NCBI GenBank assembly: GCA_024277795.1
Contig: JAJRUL010000152.1
Location: 2,006 to 66,005, forward strand
From: Candidatus Zixiibacteriota bacterium
GTDB taxonomy: Bacteria; Zixibacteria; MSB-5A5; GN15; FEB-12
DNA: 64,000 bases
Direction of reading: 5' to 3'
The position numbers and the translations under genes were made by a program. The number at the start of each line of letters is the position of its first letter. The first letter of the stretch is position 1. Shown piece by piece: positions 1 to 8,629 of this stretch. The notes under the pieces were generated by a model. It was not told where the DNA came from. It was given only the letters and a program-made list of their open reading frames with translations, and ran no database searches.

Positions 1-93
1 TGAGCTGTTGCTTGCGTGAATAGCATTGCCTCACTCTTTCATATACTATATCGTCTTTATTTGGGGAAACTTCATCAGATAGCAAGGTAATCA

Positions 94-348
94 CTACGAT
101 TCTGATATATCTTGAGAATCAGACTCTTTCAGATCGGGATCCCGTACCAATATGGCTAATGGGACTAAAATACAGTATCCTATTACCAGCAGGACCGGTG
201 CTAATGAAATTGAGCCTTGATCCAGAGAAATATAGCCTGCTATGATTGTTACTATAGCGACCGCAAAAAAGATATAATTACGCTTGCCAAAGGGCCAACG
301 AAACTCGGCTTTTTCCATCTCTGTAGCTTTTGTTTTTTTGTCTGTCAT
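94..348 (-). CDS. small two-TM membrane protein, function unknown (DUF3098-like impression)
   Basis: 84-aa ORF with a basic N-terminus followed by two hydrophobic helices (IFFAVAIVTIIAGYI; LAPVLLVIGYCILVPLAIL). It is the last gene of the co-directional recX-alaS-...-ligase string. Confidence 0.55.
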   Translation of the reverse strand: MTDKKTKATEMEKAEFRWPFGKRNYIFFAVAIVTIIAGYISLDQGSISLAPVLLVIGYCILVPLAILVRDPDLKESDSQDISES

Positions 349-382
349 AGGCCTCTAATAAACTCTCTTATACACTTGTCTG

Positions 383-1648
383 TCAAGAGATTTCATGTCG
401 TTGTTCCATCTCATCCCGATATTGATTATACCGTGAACCCAATCCAATCGCCCAGATAAACATCAACATTTGTCGAACTTCTTCATCTGTAAAGGTCGCT
501 TCAGTAAAAGAGGTGGCGAAAAAGGTGATGGAGCCCAAAAAAGAGGCTAAACAGACCTGCCTTGTAGCAGGGTCAGCCTCCTGATTTTTCCATCCGCTCC
601 AGAGTATTCTCAGGACAGTTAGCCACAACAGTAGATAGATGACCATCCCGGGAAAGCCACTGACAGCGGCATAATTGAGCAGGTCATTGTGGGCGTGGGC
701 ATGTTTCCAGCGGTCTTCGGCGTCTAGAGGCAGAGATTCACGGTACACCTTGCCAAATTCTCCCTGTCCTACTCCTACGAATGGATGATTAGTGGCAATT
801 TTGAGCGATTCCTGCCAAATATAGAGCCTACTCATTCGATTTGTCCGATTGATCTCCCGATCGAAGGCGGTCATTCGTCCTGTAACAGAGGGCAAAGCTA
901 TAGATGTAATAACGATAATTGCAACAAGTGCACCTAAAAGGTAAAATCGGAGCCGTTTTGATGTCAGCATGGCGATACAGACAAGACCGAAAAGTAGGGC
1001 AAGAATAGAACCACGGCTATGGCTCAGGATGGTAGCGATCACTCCTAGCAAACCAACCGCTATCAGCCACGCTCTATGGTTCACTTGATATATCTGATCC
1101 CCTGCAATTGTATATCCGAGGATAAAGAGAGAGGCAGTTGCCCAGTAATTCCCGAATGTAAGCGGATGCGGGAAACTTCCAATGACTAAATATCCGAACA
1201 GAGGTGCATGATCAGGGGGATAATCTTTCAACCAATTGATACCTGTAAAATATTGTAGAATTCCGTATAGTGAAATAATTCCAATACCTGTTGCGAATAT
1301 TTGAATCAAGAGCGCACGATGCTTTTCTTTTGCACAGAGATAGATTCCAATTGGAATAGCAAAGAACAGCCACTCCTCTCGAATGACATTAAATGCGTTG
1401 AATGATTTGATGGCTAATAATGTTGTCAGAAGTATCCAACAGAGATATAGACCGATAACGAGGTAGAGTGTCTTAAACGGATAACCAAGCGGGTTGAATT
1501 GTCTGGTGATGACTACAACAAGAAATAAGACAGATGCGAGACCTAAGGACATCTGGGCTGTTGCTATTGAAAAGGTCGAACTAAAGACAAAGAGTGCATA
1601 GGCGACGAGGAGCCATAGCGATACAAGAGTTGTCCTCTTATCGGTCAT
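383..1648 (-). CDS. O-antigen ligase / Wzy_C family polytopic membrane protein
   Basis: 421-aa, about 10-TM ORF with Wzy_C-type motifs HSRGSILALLFGLV and HAHNDLLNYAAVSGFPG. Its start overlaps the upstream gmhA stop by 4 nt. Confidence 0.8.
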   Translation of the reverse strand: MTDKRTTLVSLWLLVAYALFVFSSTFSIATAQMSLGLASVLFLVVVITRQFNPLGYPFKTLYLVIGLYLCWILLTTLLAIKSFNAFNVIREEWLFFAIPIGIYLCAKEKHRALLIQIFATGIGIISLYGILQYFTGINWLKDYPPDHAPLFGYLVIGSFPHPLTFGNYWATASLFILGYTIAGDQIYQVNHRAWLIAVGLLGVIATILSHSRGSILALLFGLVCIAMLTSKRLRFYLLGALVAIIVITSIALPSVTGRMTAFDREINRTNRMSRLYIWQESLKIATNHPFVGVGQGEFGKVYRESLPLDAEDRWKHAHAHNDLLNYAAVSGFPGMVIYLLLWLTVLRILWSGWKNQEADPATRQVCLASFLGSITFFATSFTEATFTDEEVRQMLMFIWAIGLGSRYNQYRDEMEQRHEIS

Positions 1649-2235
1649 CCAAATAGATCGCTTTCAATCAAGGCTACTAGTTGATGGATAAGAAATATCT
1701 GTTCTTCTTGTATTCTCTGGGTTGAAGGATGTGGGACAATGACTGCACGATCAACAGTTGTCGCTAACTTTCCACCGTTACCACCGAGAAGCCCCGCAGT
1801 CAACAAACCTTGATCACGTGCTGTATGGGTGGCACGGATTAAGTTTGCAGAGTTGCCCGAGGTTGAAATGACTATCAGCATATCACCTTTTTGGCCAAGG
1901 CCTTCAACCTGTCGTGAGAATATAGATTCAAAACCGTAGTCATTAGCCGATGCTGTCATTACTGCGGGATCAACACATAGGGCAATAGCTGGTAGTGATT
2001 GGCGGTTCTTGTCCGATGAGAGGCGTACAATCATTTCCCCTGCAAAATGTGAAGCGTCGGCAGCTGAGCCACCATTACCTGCGATAAGAATCTTTCCGCC
2101 TGCCCCTATAACGCCTGAAATAACAGCGCTTAGTTCTATGACGCTCTGGCCAAGTTTTTCAATAACAGATTTGCGAAGTATCGCTGATTCGTTGGCAACC
2201 TGTCTGAGCAGGTCTAATTTTTCATCGTTGTTCAT
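1645..2235 (-). CDS. gmhA: SIS-domain phosphoheptose isomerase (D-sedoheptulose-7-phosphate isomerase)
   Basis: 196 aa with GNGGSAADASHFAGEM and VISTSGNS, typical of the GmhA/DiaA SIS fold. It overlaps both neighbours by 4 nt. Confidence 0.8.
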   Translation of the reverse strand: MNNDEKLDLLRQVANESAILRKSVIEKLGQSVIELSAVISGVIGAGGKILIAGNGGSAADASHFAGEMIVRLSSDKNRQSLPAIALCVDPAVMTASANDYGFESIFSRQVEGLGQKGDMLIVISTSGNSANLIRATHTARDQGLLTAGLLGGNGGKLATTVDRAVIVPHPSTQRIQEEQIFLIHQLVALIESDLFG

Positions 2236-3008
2236 GCTGTGACAATCTCAAGAGGGTGAACGGCTGTGGTCATCTCACGAAGCAAAGAAAAACGCTTATC
2301 TTGATTCTTTTCGAGAAGATTACCTACTACAATAAATGATGCCCCTGCTTCAATACGGGTGGCACAGTCTTCAGGTTTACGTAAACCACCGCCAGTAATT
2401 ATTGGGATATCAATATATGATGCTACTTTAGTAATCAGTTCAACAGGCACCGCATGGGTAGCTCCGCTTCCAGCTTCAAGGTAGACTAGTCGCATTCCGA
2501 GATACTGAGTGGCAAGGGCATGAGCTGTCGCAATATCCGGTTTATCACGTGGGATAGGTGATGTGTTCGAAATATACTGGACTGAAGTCAGGTTGTCGGA
2601 AGCGATAAGCAGATAGCCTGTAGGGATAGATTCAAGGTTGAATCGCTTTACCAATGGGGCACCTTTTACTTGTTCCCCTATAAGATATTCAGGGTTGCGT
2701 CCTGATAATAATGAAGTAAAGAGTATAGCATCTGCTTCGGGTCGAATCTGTGCGTAAGATCCTGGAAAAATAATCACAGGCAAAGTTGTGATCTCTTTGA
2801 TTTTTCGTACAGTAGCACCGAAATCCTGCTCAAGTAAGAATGAGGTCCCAACTAATATAGCATCAACTCCGCAATCTTCTGCAGCCTCAGCCAAAGCTAT
2901 TGCTTCATGTGTTGAAGTGCGATCGGGATCTATCAGTACAAGAAAACCGCCCCCACGCTCTTTTCGTGCAGTTAGGAGATGATTAAGTACGGAATGGTCT
3001 AACACCAT
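2232..3008 (-). CDS. geranylgeranylglyceryl-phosphate synthase family (GGGPS/PcrB) prenyltransferase
   Basis: TIM-barrel pattern LVLIDPDR ... DAILVGTS ... FPG ... SLLSGRNPEYLIGEQ ... YLEAGSGA ... ITGGGLR ... IVVGNLLE matches the polyprenylglyceryl-phosphate synthase family. The ATG at 3006-3008 overlaps the alaS TGA (sequence TGATG). Confidence 0.8.
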   Translation of the reverse strand: MVLDHSVLNHLLTARKERGGGFLVLIDPDRTSTHEAIALAEAAEDCGVDAILVGTSFLLEQDFGATVRKIKEITTLPVIIFPGSYAQIRPEADAILFTSLLSGRNPEYLIGEQVKGAPLVKRFNLESIPTGYLLIASDNLTSVQYISNTSPIPRDKPDIATAHALATQYLGMRLVYLEAGSGATHAVPVELITKVASYIDIPIITGGGLRKPEDCATRIEAGASFIVVGNLLEKNQDKRFSLLREMTTAVHPLEIVTA

Positions 3009-5614
3009 CAAACCTCACTTTGTAGAACTTCCTTTACTGTGTCAAAAAGCTGTTGTGATTTGGTCTCGCTAGCAACCCCACCTTGCGCGTAGTTCGGTTT
3101 CCCCCCACCACGACCTCCGAACTTTGGCAAAATAGCCTGAGAGAGTTTTCCGACATGCACACTATTCTCGCTCACAGCTTTGGCACTCGCTGACGCAATA
3201 TAGACCGACTTTCCGTTAACCAATCCAAGGGCAATAGCGACAACAGCATCTGTTCTCTCTTTTTGTGAGTCAACCCATGCTGACATAATGTCACGGTCGG
3301 TATCTTCAAAGTCATTTGTAATAAATGTCAAAGCACCAATCTTTTCTTCACTTCCGATTGATGGCCCTGAATGGGAAAACATCTCAGCTTTGACTTTCTT
3401 AATCTCTTTTTGCAGCTCTAACGTTTCAGTTCGAAGCTGTTTGACTGCCTTGAGTGCGTCATTCTCAGACCGACCAAGAGTTTCAGCAACTTCTCTGCGG
3501 AACTGTTTGGCTGAAAGCATAAAGTTGACTGCTTCGCTTCCCGTAATAGCTTCGATACGTCGCACACCACTTGCAATGCCTGTTTCTACTGTGACGAAAA
3601 ACGGGCCGATTTGAGCAGTATTATCAACATGGGTCCCCCCGCAAAGCTCTTTAGAGAAATTGGCTACTGATACGACTCTTACTGTCTCGCCATATTTCTC
3701 ACCAAATAACGCACGTGCACCTGTTTTACGTGCCTCATCTATATTCATTTCATCGGTAACAACCTCTGTTGCCGAGAGAATCTGTTGGTTGACGATCTCC
3801 TCGACACGCTTGATTTCCTCAACGGTCATAGGTTGGTGATGAGAAAAGTCAAAACGGAGTCGGTCAGGTCCTACGTAGGAGCCTGATTGCTTAATATGGT
3901 CACCGAGTATTTCACGAAGGGCGGCATGTGTAAGATGTGTTGCAGTATGGTTTCGCATAATCGCCCAACGTCGGTCAATGTCAACTACAGCAGTTACTGT
4001 GTCACCTGCATTGACTGACCCTTTCACCAATGTGCCGAACAGAATAATACTGTTGCCTTGCTGTCGGGATTCGTTCACATGAAATTCAAAAGAACCATCT
4101 GAGTTTGTTACCAAACCACTGTCATGAGTTTGGCCACCTGATTCAATATAAAAAGGAGATTCATCAAGAACGATATATTTGTTATCAATACTGTCATCAA
4201 GGTTCTTTGCCAGAACTTTCGCCTTGTGTCCAACAGATAACTCATGGTTGCTTTGTCGCATCCATTTCGCATCAGGGAGCTCATCACGTATAAGTTCGAC
4301 AGTCTGTGAGGTTCGACCCGATCGTGATTGCTCTTTTTGTTTGTTCATGGCCTTTTCAAAACCGACAAGATCAATCGTCATCCCCTTTTCAGTAGCCATT
4401 ATTTCTGTCAGGTCGACAGGGAAGCCATAGGTATCATAGAGCTTAAATACTTCGTCTCCAGGAATAACTGTCGATCCGGATGCACTAATTTTTTTTGCAA
4501 CACTAGAGAATAGCTCAAGACCGTTTTCAAGTGTACGTCCAAAAGAGTCTTCTTCGGCTCGAATAACTTTCACAATATGCGATTGTTTTTCAACTATCTC
4601 AGGAAATGCCGAACCCATTTCATTAACTAAAGCAGGTACGAGTTTGTAAATAAACGGTTCCTCCATTCCGAGTAATCGTCCGTGACGAGATGCCCGTCGG
4701 AGAATCCGTCTCAGTACATATCCCTGTCCTTCATTACTGATACCGGCACCATCGGCAATGGCAAAAGTAAGAGCGCGAAGATGATCGGCCACAACATGAT
4801 GCGAAGTGATATGTTCTTTATACTGTGAACCTGTAGCATCTGAGATTGCAGTAATAATATTCTGAAAAAGATCAATCTCATAGTTTGAACCGACATTTTG
4901 CATAAGTGTCGCTATTCGTTCTAACCCTGCACCAGTGTCAACAGACGGTTTGGGAAGATCGACAACAGTACCGTCTGCCAAAGTTTCAAATTGCATGAAC
5001 ACTAAGTTCCAAAACTCGACAAAACGTTCAGTTTCACCGTTGACGACATCTTGAGGGCTAGTTCCATATTGTTCGCCACGGTCAAAATGTATCTCACTGC
5101 ATGGTCCGCACGGACCAATATCACCCATAGTCCAGAAGTTATCTTTTTTACCGAATCGGGTGATACGTCCATTCTTTAGTTCAGGAGCGATCTTCTCCCA
5201 AAGATTATATGCTTCATCATCATCTTCATATACACTTACCCACAACCTGCTTTGATCCAATTGCAAGTTTTTGGTGATCCATTCCCAAGCAAAGGAAATA
5301 GCTTCCTCTTTGAAATAGTCTCCAAAGGAGAAGTTCCCAAGCATTTCAAAGAAAGTATGATGACGTGCTGTGAATCCAACATTGTCGAGATCATTATGTT
5401 TCCCACCCGCGCGAATACATTTTTGTGATGAGGTCGCACGTGAATAGGGAAGGGCACGTTGGCCTGTAAAGACATCTTTGAATTGATTCATTCCGGCGTT
5501 GGTAAAGAGCAGAGTCGGGTCATTGTACGGTATCACAGGAGATGATGGCACGACTTTATGATCTTTTCCTTTGAAGTAATCCAGGAATGATTGTCGTATA
5601 TCTGCAGTTTTGAT
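3008..5614 (-). CDS. alaS: alanine--tRNA ligase, with a probable non-canonical ATC start
   Basis: The ORF-track ORF (GTG at 5551) is a full-length AlaRS (FTNAGMNQFK, HHTFFEMLGNFSFGDY, C-terminal GGGKPNYAQGG). The conserved N-terminal sequence IKTADIRQSFLDYFKGKDHKV continues in frame upstream of 5551. There is no ATG, GTG or TTG before the in-frame TGA at 5627-5629. I extended the gene to ATC 5612-5614, which has GAGGA 9 nt upstream. Confidence 0.9.
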   Translation of the reverse strand: MKTADIRQSFLDYFKGKDHKVVPSSPVIPYNDPTLLFTNAGMNQFKDVFTGQRALPYSRATSSQKCIRAGGKHNDLDNVGFTARHHTFFEMLGNFSFGDYFKEEAISFAWEWITKNLQLDQSRLWVSVYEDDDEAYNLWEKIAPELKNGRITRFGKKDNFWTMGDIGPCGPCSEIHFDRGEQYGTSPQDVVNGETERFVEFWNLVFMQFETLADGTVVDLPKPSVDTGAGLERIATLMQNVGSNYEIDLFQNIITAISDATGSQYKEHITSHHVVADHLRALTFAIADGAGISNEGQGYVLRRILRRASRHGRLLGMEEPFIYKLVPALVNEMGSAFPEIVEKQSHIVKVIRAEEDSFGRTLENGLELFSSVAKKISASGSTVIPGDEVFKLYDTYGFPVDLTEIMATEKGMTIDLVGFEKAMNKQKEQSRSGRTSQTVELIRDELPDAKWMRQSNHELSVGHKAKVLAKNLDDSIDNKYIVLDESPFYIESGGQTHDSGLVTNSDGSFEFHVNESRQQGNSIILFGTLVKGSVNAGDTVTAVVDIDRRWAIMRNHTATHLTHAALREILGDHIKQSGSYVGPDRLRFDFSHHQPMTVEEIKRVEEIVNQQILSATEVVTDEMNIDEARKTGARALFGEKYGETVRVVSVANFSKELCGGTHVDNTAQIGPFFVTVETGIASGVRRIEAITGSEAVNFMLSAKQFRREVAETLGRSENDALKAVKQLRTETLELQKEIKKVKAEMFSHSGPSIGSEEKIGALTFITNDFEDTDRDIMSAWVDSQKERTDAVVAIALGLVNGKSVYIASASAKAVSENSVHVGKLSQAILPKFGGRGGGKPNYAQGGVASETKSQQLFDTVKEVLQSEV

Positions 5615-5619
5615 AGTCG

Positions 5620-6270
5620 CTAATCCTCAGCTTGTTGTTTTATCATCTGTTCAAATGCTTCTTTCGAGGCTTGGTATCCAAAACCTCGACGAGACAGGTA
5701 ATTATAGGCTTTACGTCGTGCTACTTCAAGTTCAAAGTGGTTGTACTGTCTCCATTTGCTCTCGAGTGCGGAAAGTGCGCGATCTGATTCAGATTGTTTA
5801 GAAAGGATCATCTCAGCAATGTTGTGCGCTATGCTTGAATTTATTCTTCTTCGTACAAGATATGCTTTCATATATGAAAGCCCGCAGGGGCGACGGTCAG
5901 CGAGTTGGGTTGCAAGCCTGTATGCGTATCGTTCGTCATCAAGCAATCCCTGTTTTTTGCAATTGCTAATGACTTCTTCAATATGCTTCTTATCAAACTG
6001 CTTTCGTTGAAGGCGAAGACGAAACTCACCGATTGAATAGTCACGCATAAGCAGAAGGCGCGCTCCCTCTTTTTCACAGAGGAGGAACATCGCTTTTTGC
6101 TGTAATTGCTCGAGTTGAGCTTCAGTAAGTATTGTACCCTCTACTAGCTTCAGTTGTACGAGAAGGGTCTCTGAAATAATGATTGGCTCACTCAATGAGG
6201 AGACTTTGATTTCAACTCTGCTCCCACGTCGCTTGATTTCTTCTATCTTAATTGACATTCCAACCTTCAC
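5620..6270 (-). CDS. recX: recombination regulator RecX
   Basis: 216 aa with helical-repeat C-terminal two-thirds (YAYRLATQL..., RKAYNYLSRRGFGYQ) typical of RecX. It has the classic position immediately upstream of alaS. An alternative ATG start lies at 6258. Confidence 0.75.
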   Translation of the reverse strand: MKVGMSIKIEEIKRRGSRVEIKVSSLSEPIIISETLLVQLKLVEGTILTEAQLEQLQQKAMFLLCEKEGARLLLMRDYSIGEFRLRLQRKQFDKKHIEEVISNCKKQGLLDDERYAYRLATQLADRRPCGLSYMKAYLVRRRINSSIAHNIAEMILSKQSESDRALSALESKWRQYNHFELEVARRKAYNYLSRRGFGYQASKEAFEQMIKQQAED

Positions 6271-6421
6271 TCTTTTGATTCGAGAATATATTCTGATTTT
6301 GTTTGTGACAAAACTTAAAAGACAGTTATTAAATAAGTAGTTGAGTAGTACGTGATAGTACGTTAAAGTACTTGTTTCTACTGAATCACGTGAAAAGATC
6401 TCAACAAGCGCAATTTCCGTA

Positions 6422-6450
6422 TTGACTTACACTCGCTTAAAGTGTATGAT
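6422..6450 (+). promoter_or_regulatory. sigma70-like promoter candidate TTGACT-N17-TATGAT for the 6605-8558 operon
   Basis: TTGACT is at 6422-6427 and TATGAT at 6445-6450, with a 17-nt spacer. A second perfect TATAAT at 6574-6579 with a weak -35 is an alternative. Confidence 0.4.
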
Positions 6451-6604
6451 TCTGATGAGATATTGAGACAGTAAGCTATTGAGTTCTGGTGGCTTGGCGA
6501 TCTAATCTTGTTGCGTTTATTGCATCTGCTTGTAGTATAGTAGGTTATGGCAACTTGTTTCGTCATACATCGGTATAATACGATTTGAGTACTTGGAGTT
6601 AAAG

Positions 6605-7465
6605 ATGGAACTGGATCTGCAGGGAAATATCGAGCGGTTTACGCTTCCTGAAATATTTCAACTTGTTGCGGCAGGTCGAAAATCTGGTACGTTGGGAATT
6701 CAGCGTGAGGATTCAATTGTAATGGTATATTTCAAGGATGGAAATATCATTTATGGTTATGGTCCTCGTCAGACTTTTCACCTCGGACAGCTACTTCAAC
6801 AAAAAGGTATTATTACTGCAGAGCAGTTACGTGAAGCGGTTGAAGCACAGGGGAAAGGTGAAAACAGTAAGCGACTTGGCGAGATTCTGATTTCCCGTCG
6901 TTTCATCGACAGGGCTGATTTGGAGGCAGTTGTCAAAGGACAGGTAGAAGAATTGTTGTATTCTTTGCTTTCATGGCAGGTCGGGTCATTCAAATTCTAT
7001 GAAGACCTGTACCCGACTGAAGAAGAGATTACGGTTTCTTTGTCTGTTGAGAATGTTATTCTTGAAGGGCTTCGACGGCTTGATGAAAAAGAGATGGTAT
7101 CTGAGACTATACCTGATTTGGATGTCGTCTTTTCACTCTCAGCCGCTCAGCAAGGACGCGGTCGTGCGGTAACGCTTGAAGCGACAGAATGGAATGTCAT
7201 GGCTTTAGTCGATGGTCGTCGATCAGTCAGAGAGATTTGTAAGATATCTCCCGTTAGTGAACAGGAGACACGGACTAAAATGGCTCAGTTGCTCTTAGCG
7301 GGGATAATCACCAAAACTGACCGCAAGCCTCAAAGTTCAGTTGACTTTGAGCGGATGGCGAATCGTTTGGCAGGGCTGTTTGAGGAATATCTTACAGAGA
7401 AGAAGACGCACAATCGTTTAAAAGATCATAATATTACACACACAATTGTGGAGGCGACCGAGTGA
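6605..7465 (+). CDS. DUF4388 (PATAN-like) protein with a tandem GspE-N/MshEN-like repeat
   Basis: N-terminus LQGNIERFTLPEIFQLVAAGRKSGTLGI is the DUF4388 signature. It is followed by HLGQLLQQKGIITAEQLREAVEAQ and RLGEILISRRFIDRADLEAVVKGQ. I prefer the ATG at 6605, which has GGAG 6 nt upstream, over the track TTG at 6593. Confidence 0.75.
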   Translation: MELDLQGNIERFTLPEIFQLVAAGRKSGTLGIQREDSIVMVYFKDGNIIYGYGPRQTFHLGQLLQQKGIITAEQLREAVEAQGKGENSKRLGEILISRRFIDRADLEAVVKGQVEELLYSLLSWQVGSFKFYEDLYPTEEEITVSLSVENVILEGLRRLDEKEMVSETIPDLDVVFSLSAAQQGRGRAVTLEATEWNVMALVDGRRSVREICKISPVSEQETRTKMAQLLLAGIITKTDRKPQSSVDFERMANRLAGLFEEYLTEKKTHNRLKDHNITHTIVEATE

Positions 7466-8157
7466 GCCAGCTGGAACAGCTAAAATCTCTCTCGTCGTTG
7501 CTTGAGACCTTCATTGAGCAGGTTGTAGCGGTCAAAGAACAACGACTGTCATTATTGGAAGGGATGAATCGTTTAGATGATATTGCTCGTGTGGCTGATG
7601 ATGGTCTGGCTGTCAGCGATCATCTTGGTGATTGGTTTGCACAACATAACAGTTGGTTAAATGAAGGAACTCTGCGGAGTGGAGATATTAACCGTATTGG
7701 AAGTATCTTAGGTGAGATCAAGAATAGGCTCGATCTGACTGATGAGCAGTCTCCAGCAGTGCAGAAAATACAATCTGAGATCAATCGTTGGCAATCAGCA
7801 ACTCCTGGCAAAAGACGTAATCGGAATAGGATAATACTCAAGCGAGATCCCGAACAGCCTGTTTTAGATCTTTCTCCACTTTCAGATACGATAGCTGAAT
7901 CTGACTCTATCTCTAAGTTTTCCAATCTGTTAGAGCGTTGCCAGAAGATATTTGCCGATGCTTCAGGGAGCAAAATACATCTGCTTTCAGCACTCAGCGA
8001 TACCCTCGATTCTGCCTTAATCCAACAGAATAAAGATGCCTTGATTTTATCAGCCTTTCTTATATATTATCTCCGGCAAAATGGCTATAAAGTACAGCCG
8101 TATGTTGCCAGGTTGAAAGAGGCCGAACGAGTACACAAGCGAGGGAATGATGCTTAA
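7462..8157 (+). CDS. hypothetical protein (231 aa), operon partner of the DUF4388 gene
   Basis: Its ORF start overlaps the upstream stop by 4 nt (GTGA). It is predicted to be helical. I recognise no motif. Confidence 0.6.
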   Translation: MSQLEQLKSLSSLLETFIEQVVAVKEQRLSLLEGMNRLDDIARVADDGLAVSDHLGDWFAQHNSWLNEGTLRSGDINRIGSILGEIKNRLDLTDEQSPAVQKIQSEINRWQSATPGKRRNRNRIILKRDPEQPVLDLSPLSDTIAESDSISKFSNLLERCQKIFADASGSKIHLLSALSDTLDSALIQQNKDALILSAFLIYYLRQNGYKVQPYVARLKEAERVHKRGNDA

Positions 8158-8380
8158 TCCCTTTGAAAAGGCGTATTGTCAGGCCTTGTTGGCACTGAAG
8201 CATAAAGATTATGTGACAGCGTCCGAATGTTTTGAAAAAGCGGTTGATGGCTTTCGGTCAGATCGAGAGTTTAATTTACTGCGAGAGACTACCAAAATGT
8301 TGGTGGCTGTTCGTCAGGAGATAACCGCGAGAGAAAATGAAGACAGGCTGGAAATAGAGGAAGAATTCTCACATGGCTAA
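8147..8380 (+). CDS. hypothetical small helical protein (77 aa)
   Basis: 11-nt overlap with the upstream ORF. It has a TPR-like helical-hairpin feel (AYCQALLALKHKDYVTASECFEKAV). Confidence 0.5.
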   Translation: MMLNPFEKAYCQALLALKHKDYVTASECFEKAVDGFRSDREFNLLRETTKMLVAVRQEITARENEDRLEIEEEFSHG

Positions 8381-8558
8381 GAAACAAACGTTTGGTGACA
8401 AGTCGTCAAAGAAAAGTTATGACGTTGTCTGTCCCGCATGTGATCAGACAAAACAGTATGTGAAGCATGTCAAAGCGGTTAAGACCGATACTGGTTGGAA
8501 GTTCCGATCACTTAATGTTGGCGTGTGTAAGTGTAACGAAAAAGAAATTTACGCTTAG
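8373..8558 (+). CDS. hypothetical small Cys-containing (zinc-ribbon-like) basic protein (61 aa)
   Basis: 8-nt overlap with the upstream ORF. It carries CPAC ... CKC cysteine pairs and a Lys-rich N-terminus. A strong terminator follows. Confidence 0.5.
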   Translation: MAKKQTFGDKSSKKSYDVVCPACDQTKQYVKHVKAVKTDTGWKFRSLNVGVCKCNEKEIYA

Positions 8559-8583
8559 TATATTTCACGAGTTCGACTTGAAG

Positions 8584-8614
8584 AGCCTTCCTGATGAATC
8601 AGGAAGGCTTTTTT
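8584..8614 (+). terminator. rho-independent terminator
   Basis: AGCCTTCCTGA-tgaa-TCAGGAAGGCT forms an 11-bp perfect stem followed by a T-run (8610-8614). It lies 26 nt after the 8558 stop. It also sits 16 nt beyond the convergent kup stop. Confidence 0.85.
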
Positions 8615-8629
8615 GTGCCCATGTGTTTT

